64,000 bases of DNA from the NCBI RefSeq assembly GCF_039654945.1, contig NW_027361834.1:3968001-4032000 (forward strand). Direction: 5' to 3'. The first letter of the stretch is position 1, and every line of letters starts with the position of its first letter. The notes beneath the pieces are model-generated. The model had not been told where the DNA came from. It saw only the letters and a list, made by a program, of their open reading frames with translations, and did no database searches. Below are positions 24,601 to 37,245 of this stretch, piece after piece. The position numbers and the translations under genes were made by a program. This stretch comes from Dendrobates tinctorius (Eukaryota).

Positions 24601-27539
24601 ACAAAACCCAAAAACTTCTGGAGAGCCTTCAAAGAAGTGGGCTGAACCCAATCATAAATGGCCTGTACCTTGGCCACGTCCATTTCAATAGCCGACGGAG
24701 ACAAAATAAATCCCAAAAATGAAATCCTCTGTACACCAAAGAGGCATTTCGATCCCTTAACATACAGGTAATTTTCCCTCAAAATCCGGAACACAGTCCG
24801 GACATGTTCCACATGAGAATCCCAATCACTGGAAAAGATCGAAATATCATCGAGATAAATGATCAAAAACGTATCCACAAAGTCCCGGAAAATATCGTTC
24901 ATAAAAGATTGGAAGACAGAAGGGGCATTAGTGAGCCCAAAAGGCATTACCAAGTACTCAAAATGTCCCTCCGTATTAAACGCCGTCTTTCATTCATCCC
25001 CGTGCTTGATGCGAATAAGATTATACGCCCCCTGAGGTCAAGCTTGGTAAACCAGCAGGCACTTTTAACTCTGGAAAATAAATCAGAAATCAGGGGTAAC
25101 GGGTACTGATATTTAACAGTGATTTTGTTAAGGGAACGACAGTTAATACAAGGCCTTAATGAACCATCTTTCTTGGTCACAAAAAACCCCAGCACCTAAG
25201 GGTGAAGAGGATGGTCTAATATGACCCTTCTCCAACGACTCCTTGATATAAGATCGCATAGCATCATGTTCAGGTACCGATAAGTTGAAAAGCCGACCCT
25301 TGGGAAATTTACACCCTGACATCAACTCAGTTGCACAGTCAGAACTTCTATGAGGAGGCAAAGATGCAGACTTACTCTCACTGAATACATCAGAAAAATC
25401 AGCCAAATAATCAGGAATATCATGAGACTGGGGAGAGGTGGAGAAAACAGGAGTGTCACTAAGACCACACTGACAACCCCAACTCACCACAGACACAGAT
25501 TTCCAATCCAAAACAGGATTATGAGTTGCAGCCAGGGAAAACCCAGAACAATAGTATCATGCAAATTGTGCAGCACCAAAAATTTACAATTTTCTTGTTG
25601 GTCTGGGGCAACCGCATTATCACCTGGGTCCAAAACTGGGGTTTATTCTCCGCCAAAGGAGTAGCATCAATACCCTCAAAGGGATAGGAGTCCGCAGGGG
25701 TATCATGGGAAAACCACAACGTTTAGCAAAGTCCAAATCCATCAGATTCAAAGCTGCTCCTGAATCCACAAAAGCCTTAGAGGAAAATGTAGATAAGGAG
25801 CAGATCAGAGTAATTGCCAAAAGGAACTTAGGTTGTACACTGCCCACAGCAAATGTGTGCGCAAAACGTTTCTTTAGTTTAGGGCAGACAGAAATAGTAT
25901 GAGAGGCGTCTCCACAAAAAAAACACAGCTTATTACGCCTTCTAAACTCCTGACATTGCGCCCTAGACAAAACCCTATCACATTGCATGGGTTCAGACGT
26001 TTGTTCAAAAGGCGGCAACGCCTCTCGTGTAGTTTTACGTTCATGTAGACGCCGATCAATTTGAATGGCTAATGACATACTGGAGAATCATCAAGACCAG
26101 AGGGAACAGGAAATCCCACCATAACATCTTTTACGGTTTCTGATAAACCCTTCCGAAAGAGAGCTGCTAAGGCACCGTCATTCCATATAGTAAGGGCCGC
26201 CCACTTTCGGAATTTGTGACAGTATAGCTCTGCAGAATCCTGACCCTGGTTCAATGCCAATAGGGTTTTCTCAGCTTGATCAATAGCATTAGGTTCATCA
26301 TACAACAACCCCAAGGCTTGAAAAAATGCATCCACATTAGTCAGAATAGGATTTCCAGGTGTCAGAGAAAAGCCCAATCCTGGGGATCGCCGCGCAGCAA
26401 GGAGATGACAATTATAACCTGCTGCACAGAGCTCCCCGATGAGTTAGGCTTCAAGGCAAGAAATAGTTTACAATTATTCTTAAAATTCAAAAATTTAGAC
26501 CGATCCCCAGAAAACACATCCGGAGTAGGGATCTTTGGTTCAACAGCAGGTGATTGAGCGAGATAGGCGGAAATTCCCCGCACTTCAGCAGCGAGCTGCT
26601 CAACACGATCAGACAAATGCTTAATCTCCATCAAAGAAAAAATCCTATGGCCCAAGAGAAAAAGAGGAAAAAATATATATTAAAAAAACAATTTCTGACA
26701 CTTTTTTTTTACAATTCTCTCCTGCTTTTTAGTACCCTAGAATCTGCGGTTTAGGCTGGTGATTCTGTTATGATTGGGTCACCGAGGAGGAAAGCAAGAC
26801 CAAGCTAAGCCATAGAAAACCAGAGAGGTTGGTAACTAAGCGGATTGCAGACCCCTAATCCTATCCACACAACTAGCAGTAGCCGTGGAGCGTACCTATT
26901 ATGATTCTAGATGCCTCGACACAGCCGGAGAACTAAATAAGCCTAAAGCAAGAAAGGTGAAATCTAAACTGCCCCAGAGCAGACCCCAAAGGAATAGATA
27001 GCCCCCAAACATATTGTCGGTGAGACAAGATGAAAACACAAACGCAGATAGGAAAATAGGCTGAGCAAACAATGGGGCCCAAACTAACTAGACAGGACAG
27101 GAAAGGAAAGACGCTGTCTGCAATCACGCAAAAAACTCTGCAAAAAAATGCGCAACACGTCTGATAGAAAAATTACTGAAGTCACTAGACTTCGCCCACT
27201 ATATCAGCACTCTGTTATATTCTGAAAACAGAGCAAAGAGAGGCCAATCTAATAAGGGACTAAAACAAACTGGCACAAACAGTAACATAGATGGAAATTC
27301 AGCACAGCCCCAGCCGGGATAGAGGGAGTCGGCCGTCTTAAATCCAGTCAGAAACACCCAATGTCCAATCGTCTTCCTCATTATCAGGTGGCAGGCCTCT
27401 GTTAATTAGATCAGCTCCATTACCTCCTGTAACCACAAGAGGGAGCCCGGAAAGAGAACTCGCGACCCCTCTGTCAATACAACGATCTCCACTACCTTCA
27501 CCAGCAACCAGAGGTAGGCCTGAAAGTGAATTCACAACA
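21689..27539 (-). mobile_element. Ty3/Gypsy chromovirus (sushi-like) LTR retrotransposon, decayed full-length
   Basis: LTRs 21689-22592 and 26766-27539 (TG..CA); PPT next to 22593; gag CFFCGDASHTISVC, protease VDSGA, RT YLDD, RNase H NVKADALSR, integrase HISMDF/SDRG/GPY, chromodomain [10 protein letters not shown]. Confidence 0.95.
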
Positions 27540-27705
27540 CCGATGCTTTGGATTTTCCATTATGACTTGGACATGTAAATGGGAGGGGGGAGGAAGTCGG
27601 TATTGCATGATCTAGCAAAGAAATGCATCCTGAGGTGATGGCTTATGAGCGAGAGCCCAACTTTATTCTTTGGGTCGGTGCAATTACAGCGATACCAGAT
27701 TTATG

Positions 27706-30700
27706 CTGAATCTGTTTTATTGAAAACAATTAGACATAACATAACATATAAGACAGCAACAAGAATTGTACACCAAACCGCACTAGGTTACAGTATAATC
27801 AGTCCCCTGTAAAGGTAAGATGTCTTCCGGCTCATATATTCGTATGCCTCGAACGAGCGGAGGTAGGCGCATATTCCTCAAAATTATCTTATGTAAGAGA
27901 ATAAACAAGAATTTGTCTTCATATCTTAATAAACTCAACTGTATGAACATTCTTCATACCATAGCTACTCGTATATAATAAAACAAAATGTAAAAAGCGT
28001 CATTATGCTCTGTGTGTCCTCCAGTACATTATCAGCATCCCTAATCAAATATAAGGAGATAATAATTGCGAGCATACATAACGGCATCTTTACTTGTAAC
28101 CAATGGGAGTGCACTTCTAAGACAAAGAGAGAAAGAAATTAAGAAGGGGAAAAGAAAACTCACAGGAGAGGAAGTGGGGAAAGAGGAAAGAAAGAGAGAG
28201 GGGAAGGGGAGGGGGTGAGGAAAAGCGGGCCTCGGATTTCCGAACCGACCATTAAGGAGCTTCCTCGAGTAATCGAGGGAGTTCAGAAGTTTACTTGAAT
28301 AAGATCCAAGGCTGCCACGCTTGGACCAACCGAGTGTTATCACCTTCCATTTCAGCCAATAATTCCTCCATACGGAAAAAATGTCTGCAAATTCCGCCAA
28401 CCATTCTGCCATAGTTGGTGGTGTTGTCGTGTGCCAGTGGCGTGGGATTACCATCCGCGCCGCGGTAATGCAAAACCTAAGAAGGCTCTTCTTCTGAGTG
28501 GATATAGAACCCGGAAGAATTGATAGGATGGCAATCTGTGGGGAGGGGGGAACATATTTCCCGGTAATCTTTTGATAAGCCCGAAACACCTTTTCCCAGA
28601 AGGATCGTACAGCAGGGCACTGCCACCAAATATGGAGCAGTGTACCCCTTTCGGTCCAACAACGCCAGCAGACATCGTCTACTGACGGGAAAATAGATTT
28701 TAGTCTGACGGGGGACAGATACCACCTGGTCAGTATCTTAAAGTTTTTCTCTTGTGCGCCCCCAGCCAGAGACATTTTGTGCGTGAAGAGGTATGCTTTG
28801 TCAAGGTCTTCACCTGAAAATTTACATCCTATCTCATCCTCCCACGCTCGTATATAGCTCAGAGCCCTGTCCGAGTCTCCTGTGTGGAATTCCTGATATA
28901 AAAGAGAAATCAGATGAAAGGGAGGGCTCTGTTGTTGTAGTAAAGTTTCCAGCCGTGTCATGGGGGGAACAGAAGAACGATCGACCAAACGTCCCCGAAA
29001 AAACGATCTCAATTGATTGTATTCCATCCAGGAGAGATCCCCATCGGGAAACTTCTCTCGTAAGGCATCCCAGGACGGAACACTCCCCCCCCCACTAGAA
29101 CCCGTCCTAGTCTTAAGTCAGAACTACTATGCCAACCCAGAAATTGGTCTCTGTGACATCCTGGGGGAAAATCCGGATTACCAAATATTGGTGTCAGTGG
29201 ATTTAGGGTGCTAATACATTTATTTTTATTTTTAAAACGATTCCATATCTGTAGGACTTCTCGAGTCAAGAAGCCAGTGGATTCATCAGATTCGTTTGCA
29301 CCCAAATCATAATGTCGGATCCATGGAAGATGGCGCAATGGGATACTAAAAGATGTTTGCTCCAATTGAACCCATTGTTTAGAGCGGTAGTTGAATTGCC
29401 AGTCAAATAAACGTGCAAGTAAGGAGGCCCTATGGTAAAGTTCCAGGTCAGGGAGACCCGCACCACCTCTGGATTTTGGAGCAGTTAAGATAGAATATTT
29501 TAAACGGGGTCTAGAAGCCTGCCAGATAAAGTGGATTATCGCAAATCTGATGGTCTGGAAGAATGTCTTCGGCGGTACAACTGGAACCGCCTAGAACAGG
29601 TATAAAAACCTGGGAAGAATGTCCATCTTAAATGAATTCATCCTACCAAACCATGAGATAGATTTCCGTCCGTATTCCCTCAGACGTTTCAGACTCGATT
29701 CTAAGAGGGGCACGTAGTTTAATTTGTATAGGTCAGTCATGTCAGTAGGAATTTGAACACCCAAATATTGAATGGCCCCAGTTTTCCATCGAAAGGGGAA
29801 GTTTCCCATTATGCTTGTAAGTTCTGCCTGTCCTAAGGAAATGTTGAGGGCTTCAGTTTTCTGAAAATTGATTTTAAAGTTACTGACTGCTCCATATTTT
29901 CGAAACTCCTCCATTAGTGATGGGAGAGTGATGTGTGGTTGGGATATATACAGTAAGAGATCATCTGCATAAAGAGGGGCCTTATAATGAACGCGGTCCA
30001 CCCAGAGACCGTGCACACTGGAGTTCTTCCTAATCGCCACCGCCAAATGTTCCATAACTATCGCGTATAAGAGGGGCGACAGGGGGCAACCTTGTCGGGT
30101 TCCGTTCCCAATGGAAATAGGGTCTGATAAAGCACCGTTAACCCTAACCCTCGCTGAAGGGTCAGAGTATAGGGCTGCGATTCTGTGTAGGAAACGATTT
30201 CCCAGGCCCAGCTGTTTTAGGGCCGAGAACATAAAGCCCCAGTGTACACGGTCAAAGGCCTTCTCCGCGTCAATCGATAACAAAGCCAGTGGCTTACATT
30301 TTAATTTAGCATGTGCAGTCAATATGAGAGTTTTACCTATGCCGTCTCTCGCTTCTCTCCATCGCACAAATCCCACCTGGTCCGAATGTACTACTAAAGG
30401 TAAAAGAGGAGTCAGTCGATTTGCCAAGATTTTAGCCTATAATTTTACATCGATATTGATGAGAGATATTGGGCGGTAATTAGTTACTACTTTAGGATCT
30501 TTCCCTGGTTTCGGTATGACTGTGATAAAAGCCTCTAAGGATTGTGGGACAAACGGGGTGTCGATTGCAATGGTATTGAACACCGACGTCATGATGGGGT
30601 TAAGTTGTTCACGAAACATCTTATAAAAATGAGGGGAAAAACCGTCCGGTCCTGGACTTTTACCAGTTGGGGTATTTCGAATGACGTCGTCAATCTCCTC

Positions 30701-33530
30701 TGGCGTAAAATCAGTGTCTAATGGCATTGTCAGGTCTGTGGCCAATGTCGGAAGGGCCGTGTCCCGTATATAAGACTCTATATGTGATTGGGGGTCCAAA
30801 GGCGATTGAGGGGGGTAATCTCCATTAATATTATACAATGTATGGTAATACCGCCGCATTATATCCAAAATTTCTGTCGGGTTCGATGTCGTCTGACCTC
30901 TATGTCGTTGGAGAGATGGAATGTATGTGGTTTGATTGCGTGGGTGTAGAAATCTAGCTAACAAACGCCCACATTTATTGGCCTGACCGTATAATATACT
31001 CTTAAAACGATTTCTATGGTGTCGGTATTTCTCATTTAGTAGTGACTTCAAATCGTCTCTGCATTTAATCAGGTCAGTCATTGTCTCCGCCTCCTTAGTC
31101 ATCTTATGTTTCATCTCCAACATCAAAATTTTTTCCGTCAGGTCTATAATTTCCCTACTTTTTATTTGTTTTAAGCGAGATCCATGTTTGATAAATACCC
31201 CTCTGAGTACGCATTTGAGGGCTTCCCATTTGATAGGCATAGCAGTAGTGTCGTGTGCATGGTCTTGTAGGAATTCTGCTATGGTAGTCTTAATATCAGC
31301 CACACAAGTAGCGTCCTTTAAAAGGTTATCGTTCAATCTCCACGTCCACTGTCGTACCCCTGAATCGGGAGGACTAATGTCTAGAAAGACTGGAGCATGA
31401 TCCGACCATAAAAAAACTGCCGATGGATGGTTTCGGATCCCAGGCCAGTGCGCAATGACTGAGGAGGAAGAAATCTATTCTGCCATAGGAGTTATGTGGC
31501 GTGGAGAAGAACGTATAATCTTTCCCGTTAGGGTTAAGTAGTCTCCAGACATTGTGTAGGTCTTTTTTCAAAGAGGACAGTTGACGAAGAGATAGATAAG
31601 ATTTTGCGGTTGTGGAGTCCAACGTCGGGTTAAGAGTCAAATTAAAGTCACCCCCTAGTATAACAACCCCTTCTGCAAAGTCAGCCATTGTCTTCAAGAA
31701 GGATCTAGCTGTCCGTATTTGGTCTCGGCTGGGGGCGTACCATCCTGCTATAGTGTATATTGTTGAAAAAATCTGAATTTTCAAAATTACGTATCTGCCC
31801 TCCGCTTTATGGAGCGCTATAGATACACCTCGGGATCGGGAGCTCAGGTTGGTACTATGAAACCAGGTTGTGTAATAACGATCGTGTATATTAGGAACAT
31901 GCCCAGTTTTAAAATGTGTTTCTTGTAAAAGCAACACATTTACTCTTTTCTTATGCATGCCATATAAGATATGTGACCGTTTCTGCGGAATGTTAAAGCC
32001 TCTAGTATTTAAGGAGCCCAATATGATCTTCTGCGTGGCAGTCTTACCCGGCATTGTGGATGTAGTCCGGGGTCAAGGATGTAAATTTCACCTGCAGGGA
32101 TGAGTCGGCTTCGGGGTCCAATGCCCGCTACTGAGAAGGGAGAGAAAGGCTAGGAAGAGGGGGGTGGATGCAGCAAAAGGAAAAGTAAATAAAGTTAACA
32201 CAGGACAAAGAATAGAAGAAATTAACAATACGAGTGCGGATAGTCACACTCCAATAGAAAATTTAACCAAGTGGAGGAAAACGTTAATGGCTGCGTGCCT
32301 CAATGGCAAAGCAGCGTCTCCAGGGGGCACGTGTACGACAAAAGAGGAGTCGGAGATACCACCTCCCTCGATACCCGACCCCGTAATGATATAACAGTCA
32401 TGTTCCTTGCAAATCAAAAATGTAACGGGTAAAGACCATATGCATCCTATCATAACTATAGCACGTATGATACTCGTAACGACTCGTGATTAGCTTCAAT
32501 ATCGTTGAGATGAACAGTATATAAAGATACCCCATCCTGTAACTCTGAACTAGTGTAAGTTTTAGAATCCACTTCTTTTTTCAAAAACAGGACATCCTAG
32601 ACTAATAATCCAATGAAGGACAAAGGACATTGCTAATTTAAGAAATATGAGCTATTTAAGAATATGAGGGGGAAACAAGGGAAGGGAGGGGAGGTAGAAA
32701 GGAAAAAAAAGGGGGGGGGAAGGAAAAAATAGAAGAGGAGAGTCGGTTAATAGCATGAACATACATGAACATTAATTCGGTATTACTTATAGAAGTAACC
32801 CCTAAGATTTATCCTCTTCAAAAAAAGGGGAAAGGGAGAAAAAGGCCCGAAAAATACAGGATAATCAGTTAGCTTCTCCTTCTTCCGAGTGTATGCGTCC
32901 CTGTCCATTAGGCCATCTTCCGTGACGGCGCTGTTGTTGAGGATCCAGGCCTCTGCGGGGGTCCTCCATTCGATAAAATGATGGTAAGGATGGCCAATCA
33001 GGAATGTCCACCTCAGGTATGTCGAGGGCAGCTGAAAAAGCTGGGATACCACTAGGGTGACTCAATCGATGCACTCTGCCTCTCTTCTGAACTCGAAGAC
33101 AAAATGGAAATCCCCAGGTATAAAGAAGGTCACGCTGCCGCAGTTCATTCAAAAGGGGGCGAAGAGCTCTACGTCTCTGTAAGGTCCATCTGGACAGATC
33201 TGGAAAAAGCTGTATGCGAGAATCCAAATGGTGTATGGGCTTTGCTCTTCTGGCTGCTCCCATGACCGCATCTTTAAGTTGGTACTTGTGCACCCGGCAT
33301 ATCACATCTCTCGGTGGGTCTTGTTCTCCGGGACGTGGGCCTAGAGCCCTATGTGCACTGTCTATTTCCAATGGGGTGTCTTGAGGCCTATCTAATACCG
33401 TGTTGAAAATGCCTCTCAGAGTGGTATTCAGCTCCTGGGGAGGTATAGATTCAGGTAACCCCCGTATTCTTATATTATTCCTGCGTCCCCTGTTCTCGGA
33501 GTCATCCAGCATTTCTGCTATGGTCTGTAG
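27706..33530 (-). mobile_element. L1-clade LINE (L1-B), near full ORF2 and partial ORF1
   Basis: ORF1 32865-33512 (RRNNIRIRGLPE, LFPDLS); ORF2 from 32054 with EN (LQETH, GGDFN, RIDFF), RT (QGCPLSP, YADD) and CCHC (CWRC..H..C); stops and frameshifts; AATAAA near 27716-27721. Confidence 0.95.
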
Positions 33531-34620
33531 TTAAGTACAAATATATCCCAAATACTGGAAAAAATCTTCAAAAGCTCAACTCACTGAAAATACAATAGCA
33601 AAAAAATCTCATAAATGAGCTATTAAGCATCACAAGAGATCAAAATTGGAGTTTTTCAAGCTAAATAATTTATTTAGAATAATTAACAGAGCATAAATGC
33701 TAAGTGCAAGTTACAGCAGACATAAACACAATATAATTAGACCAGCACCTTGACAGTTAATAAAGTTTTTATCTGTATAAAACATGTAGTTTCTTTGCTT
33801 TCCTTTCACAAATAGAATGCATGATAAACAGAAAACTCCCCATTTACATAATATGTATGCCCAGATAAGGTTTTGCATACAATAAGTGCCCAGAGTAAAA
33901 TGCTGAATATAAAGTGCATAAGTGCCTTGTATCAATAAGCCTGGTAGGCGTTAAGTGTACACAGAGTAAAGACTGTCTATACAAATTCCAGAGTGGGATA
34001 CAAGGGCTGCATTAGAAAGTAACACTTACATGTGCTGTGTATGTCGCTGTTAGACCTGCCGCCCCACGCGCGTTACGCCGCAGCTTCCTCAGGAGGCGTG
34101 GTTTACATGTGCCCCGGATCTAGTTTATATAGTGCGGTCAGCCAATGAACCGCTTTCCCTAATAAAGCTTGTAAAATTTAGGACCTGCGCTGTAGCATCC
34201 ACGGTGACGTCAATAGTATCCAGTTCTAAACGTCCACAGCATTACAGCGCATGCGCTGTTGAGTCCCCACTATAAACAGGGAGTCTATCATCAGCGCTCA
34301 TCATCAGCATGAAAGTGGCTCGAGCTGCGAAGCAGCCAGAGACAGCCACATACCAGACTGAGCACGTCAGAAGGCTCCTAGGGAGGACAGAACTGGGCAT
34401 GCGCTCATGTGAGTACATGAAAATAAAATAATTATGAAGAATAATAATCACTATTTTAAGTGATAACAAGTGTTGAAAGTGAGGGGATAAAACATAATGA
34501 TGCTGAAATAATTATAGCGGTGTGTATGAACCATAAAAGTGAATATGCCTGACATAGGCACACTATGCAAGCAAAACAAAAAATCCAGTCCAGTCCTGTC
34601 ACACATACAATATAGTTGCA
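33531..34620 (-). mobile_element. Probable Penelope-like pLTR remnant (PLE-D) with degenerate hammerhead at 34061-34100
   Basis: Minus strand shows ATTGG, TATATAAA, CACG-CCTC-CTGAGGA-AGCTGCGGC-GTAA-CGCGCG-T-GGGGC, then GTAAGT; same layout as PLE-C. Confidence 0.6.
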
Positions 34621-37227
34621 CTAAAAAGCTTAATCTGGTCCGATTTTTTGGCTAGTAGTCCGCAGTCTTTTATGCCAAGGGCTCAATCACATTTGCTTAT
34701 TTTAGATTCGTTTTCATTTTTTTTAAATTTGGCAGTAGATGTTCATGATTTAATTTACATGTCACTTGCAAAAAGAGAAGAAAAAGTGACCTGTAAATAT
34801 ATATTTTACTTTTTCTTTATTTTAATTTTTTTCTAAAATGCCCAGCATGTGGCAACAGCTCGGTATTGGTACCATTTTTACCACATAGACGTTTATTTAA
34901 GAAAAAAACAAAAAAAAGATTAATTAGTTTAAGCATGCATTTTTTTTTGTTTTTTTTTCATTTGCTTTTCTGCAAAATTGGTTAATGCTTTAACCAAAAA
35001 CAAAACTACTAGATAAAAAATGGACAACGCTGAGCAAAAGGGTTACAATATGGGGAGAAATGTGGGGGGGGGAAATACTGCATTCGACAACACATGCCTG
35101 ATCCATATTGTCAAGTGTGAGAGTAAAGCCTCAAGACATAGACAGTAGTCCCTTTGGGTGCGTCTTGCTTAGCCATTGTGCCGCCATATGGTGCTCTATA
35201 AATGGAATCCAAAAAAAATATGGATGCCATGAAAAAATCCTCCATATGAGACCTAGAGGTGCAGAATTGGCTCTAGTTTGGCTATGATTATACAACGCTT
35301 TGCTTGTATGGAGCCATAATACAGTCATGTGCACAACACCGTACTATCTAATATATAAAGCTCAATGTGGGAGTGTATGTACTGTATGTATGTATGTCCG
35401 GGATTGGCATCCGCACCGTCGCAGCTACAGCCATAAAATTTGGCACATTCAAGCAAAAAAGGAAGCACACTGTAGCGCCAAACCATGCAAACATGAAAAA
35501 TGAATAATGAATTGCATTACTGCATTAGAAATATGAAAAATTGCTAAAGTTTAGTGCATAAAATGGCCAAGTTTATGCGCTAAACTTTCTCAATTTTAAC
35601 CCCACGTGTTCCAATTCACCAAACAATTTTACCCCTATCTACAAAATGGGGAAAAAGTGTATGTATGTATTGGCATCTGCACCGTCGTAGCTACAGCCAT
35701 AAAATTTAGCACAGTCACACGCCTGGGCACAGAGAGTGTCATAGGCTATGTTGTGAGGCAAAATTTTAACTCCGCACATTCCAATTCACCAAACAATTTT
35801 GCCCCTATCTACATAATGGGGAAATAGTGAAAGGAAAAGTGTTGGAGGCAAATTGACAGCTGCCAGATGTGAACAAGGGGGACTTAAAGAATGAAAGCGA
35901 TGGCGCCAAACAGTATATACCGTACAGTTGCTAAGGAGGGGCCCTGACATGGGATACTCACCACACACCGGGATATGAACACACACACAAAATGCGCCAC
36001 ACACTACCACGTGCTTCAACACATATACCACCCTCAGCACACATTTCACCACACATAAACCAACCTCGCCACATAAAAGTCCAAACACAAAAGTCGAGAG
36101 AGCAGCCAGAAAGACAGCGGGGGACGAGAGAGCAGCCAAAGAGAGAGCGGGGGACGAGAGAGCAGCCAAAGAGAGGTATGGAGCGTATGGAGAGAGAGAA
36201 GGGGAGGGGGAGAGAGAGAGATGCGTGCCGGGCACTTGTGGGGTTAAAACTCACAGTGCCCGGGCATGTGCTGTTGAAAAAGCCGGTCCGGCGCTGCAAA
36301 AAAAGTCGCAGCCTTACGGCGCATGTTTGCCGTATCCGGCAAAACCCGGAGGCCGCCGCATGTCTATCCGGCACGATGCGGCGATCATTACATTCTATGT
36401 GAAAAAACCGTATCCAATTCCGGATCCGGTTTTCACAATTTTTGGCGCATCGTGCCGGATTTAAAAAAACGGATGTGTGAAAGTAGCCTAAGCAATACTT
36501 TATTCCCACATCAGACTTGGGGGCACAACAGCAACATGGATAGTGAGCCGGGACTAGGAAGCAAGAAGTTCCCGAAGCAGGCTACAGCTGTCTGCCGTAC
36601 AAGGAAAGTTCATAATAACATCGGACAGGAGGAACTCCAGTGTAACTCAGTACTGGGAGTACTTCATTTATAGGCGTTATAAGAGGAGACGTTCAGAAAG
36701 GCACATGTTGGCGGAGTGTTGGAAAGCAGTATTCCACCTGGCCTGGAGGTTGACTGAGTCCCTGACCTGGAGGACACGGCACGGAGGCAGGCACCTCTTT
36801 GCACAACAGACTGTAAGTAAAGCTTTGGAACTACATGCCCTGGTGTCCTCCACTTATTCCGGCGCCAACACACCCGACACTGCTACATCTTGGTGCCCAA
36901 CACCGACTGACCTACATCTCCCCTTGACCTCCACATCTACACTGCCCTGGGACTACAGCTTCAACTGTGGGGAGCTTTTATATCTTTGCTACACTATACC
37001 ATCAGTCCCAGAGGATCTGCATGCAGCGTCGGCTTAACACCTCCCTTGCCGAACACCGCAGGTGGTGTCACGAACTATTCATTTAATCAACTACAATCCA
37101 CCATTCAATCTCCTTTTTACTTGGGCGCGCAGGGCCATGGACCGGGTCACCGCTGCTGTGACACCTTTCCCCCTGAGTGACCGGCTTGGTACCGAGTACC
37201 CCACAGCCCTGGGAGGGCGACCCAACT

Positions 37228-37245
37228 TGGCGTCACGAACAGGAT
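37228..37245 (+). promoter_or_regulatory. Primer binding site, complementary to the 3' end of tRNA-Ser(CGA)
   Basis: TGGCGTCACGAACAGGAT begins 3 nt after the LTR and is complementary to ATCCTGTTCGTGACG-CCA; tRNA identity is recalled, not searched. Confidence 0.8.

Larger units (their letters stand above)
9796..27660 (+). mobile_element. Fragmented L1-clade LINE ORF2 (L1-A), split by nested insertions
   Basis: Pieces: 9796-9988 (KAPGPDGF), 18815-19080 (YRPIS..DFKLISKILADRL), 19573-21004 (QGCPLSPLLF, KYLGV), 21478-21688 (C..C..H.LWGC), 27540-27660; many stops and frameshifts. Confidence 0.85.
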
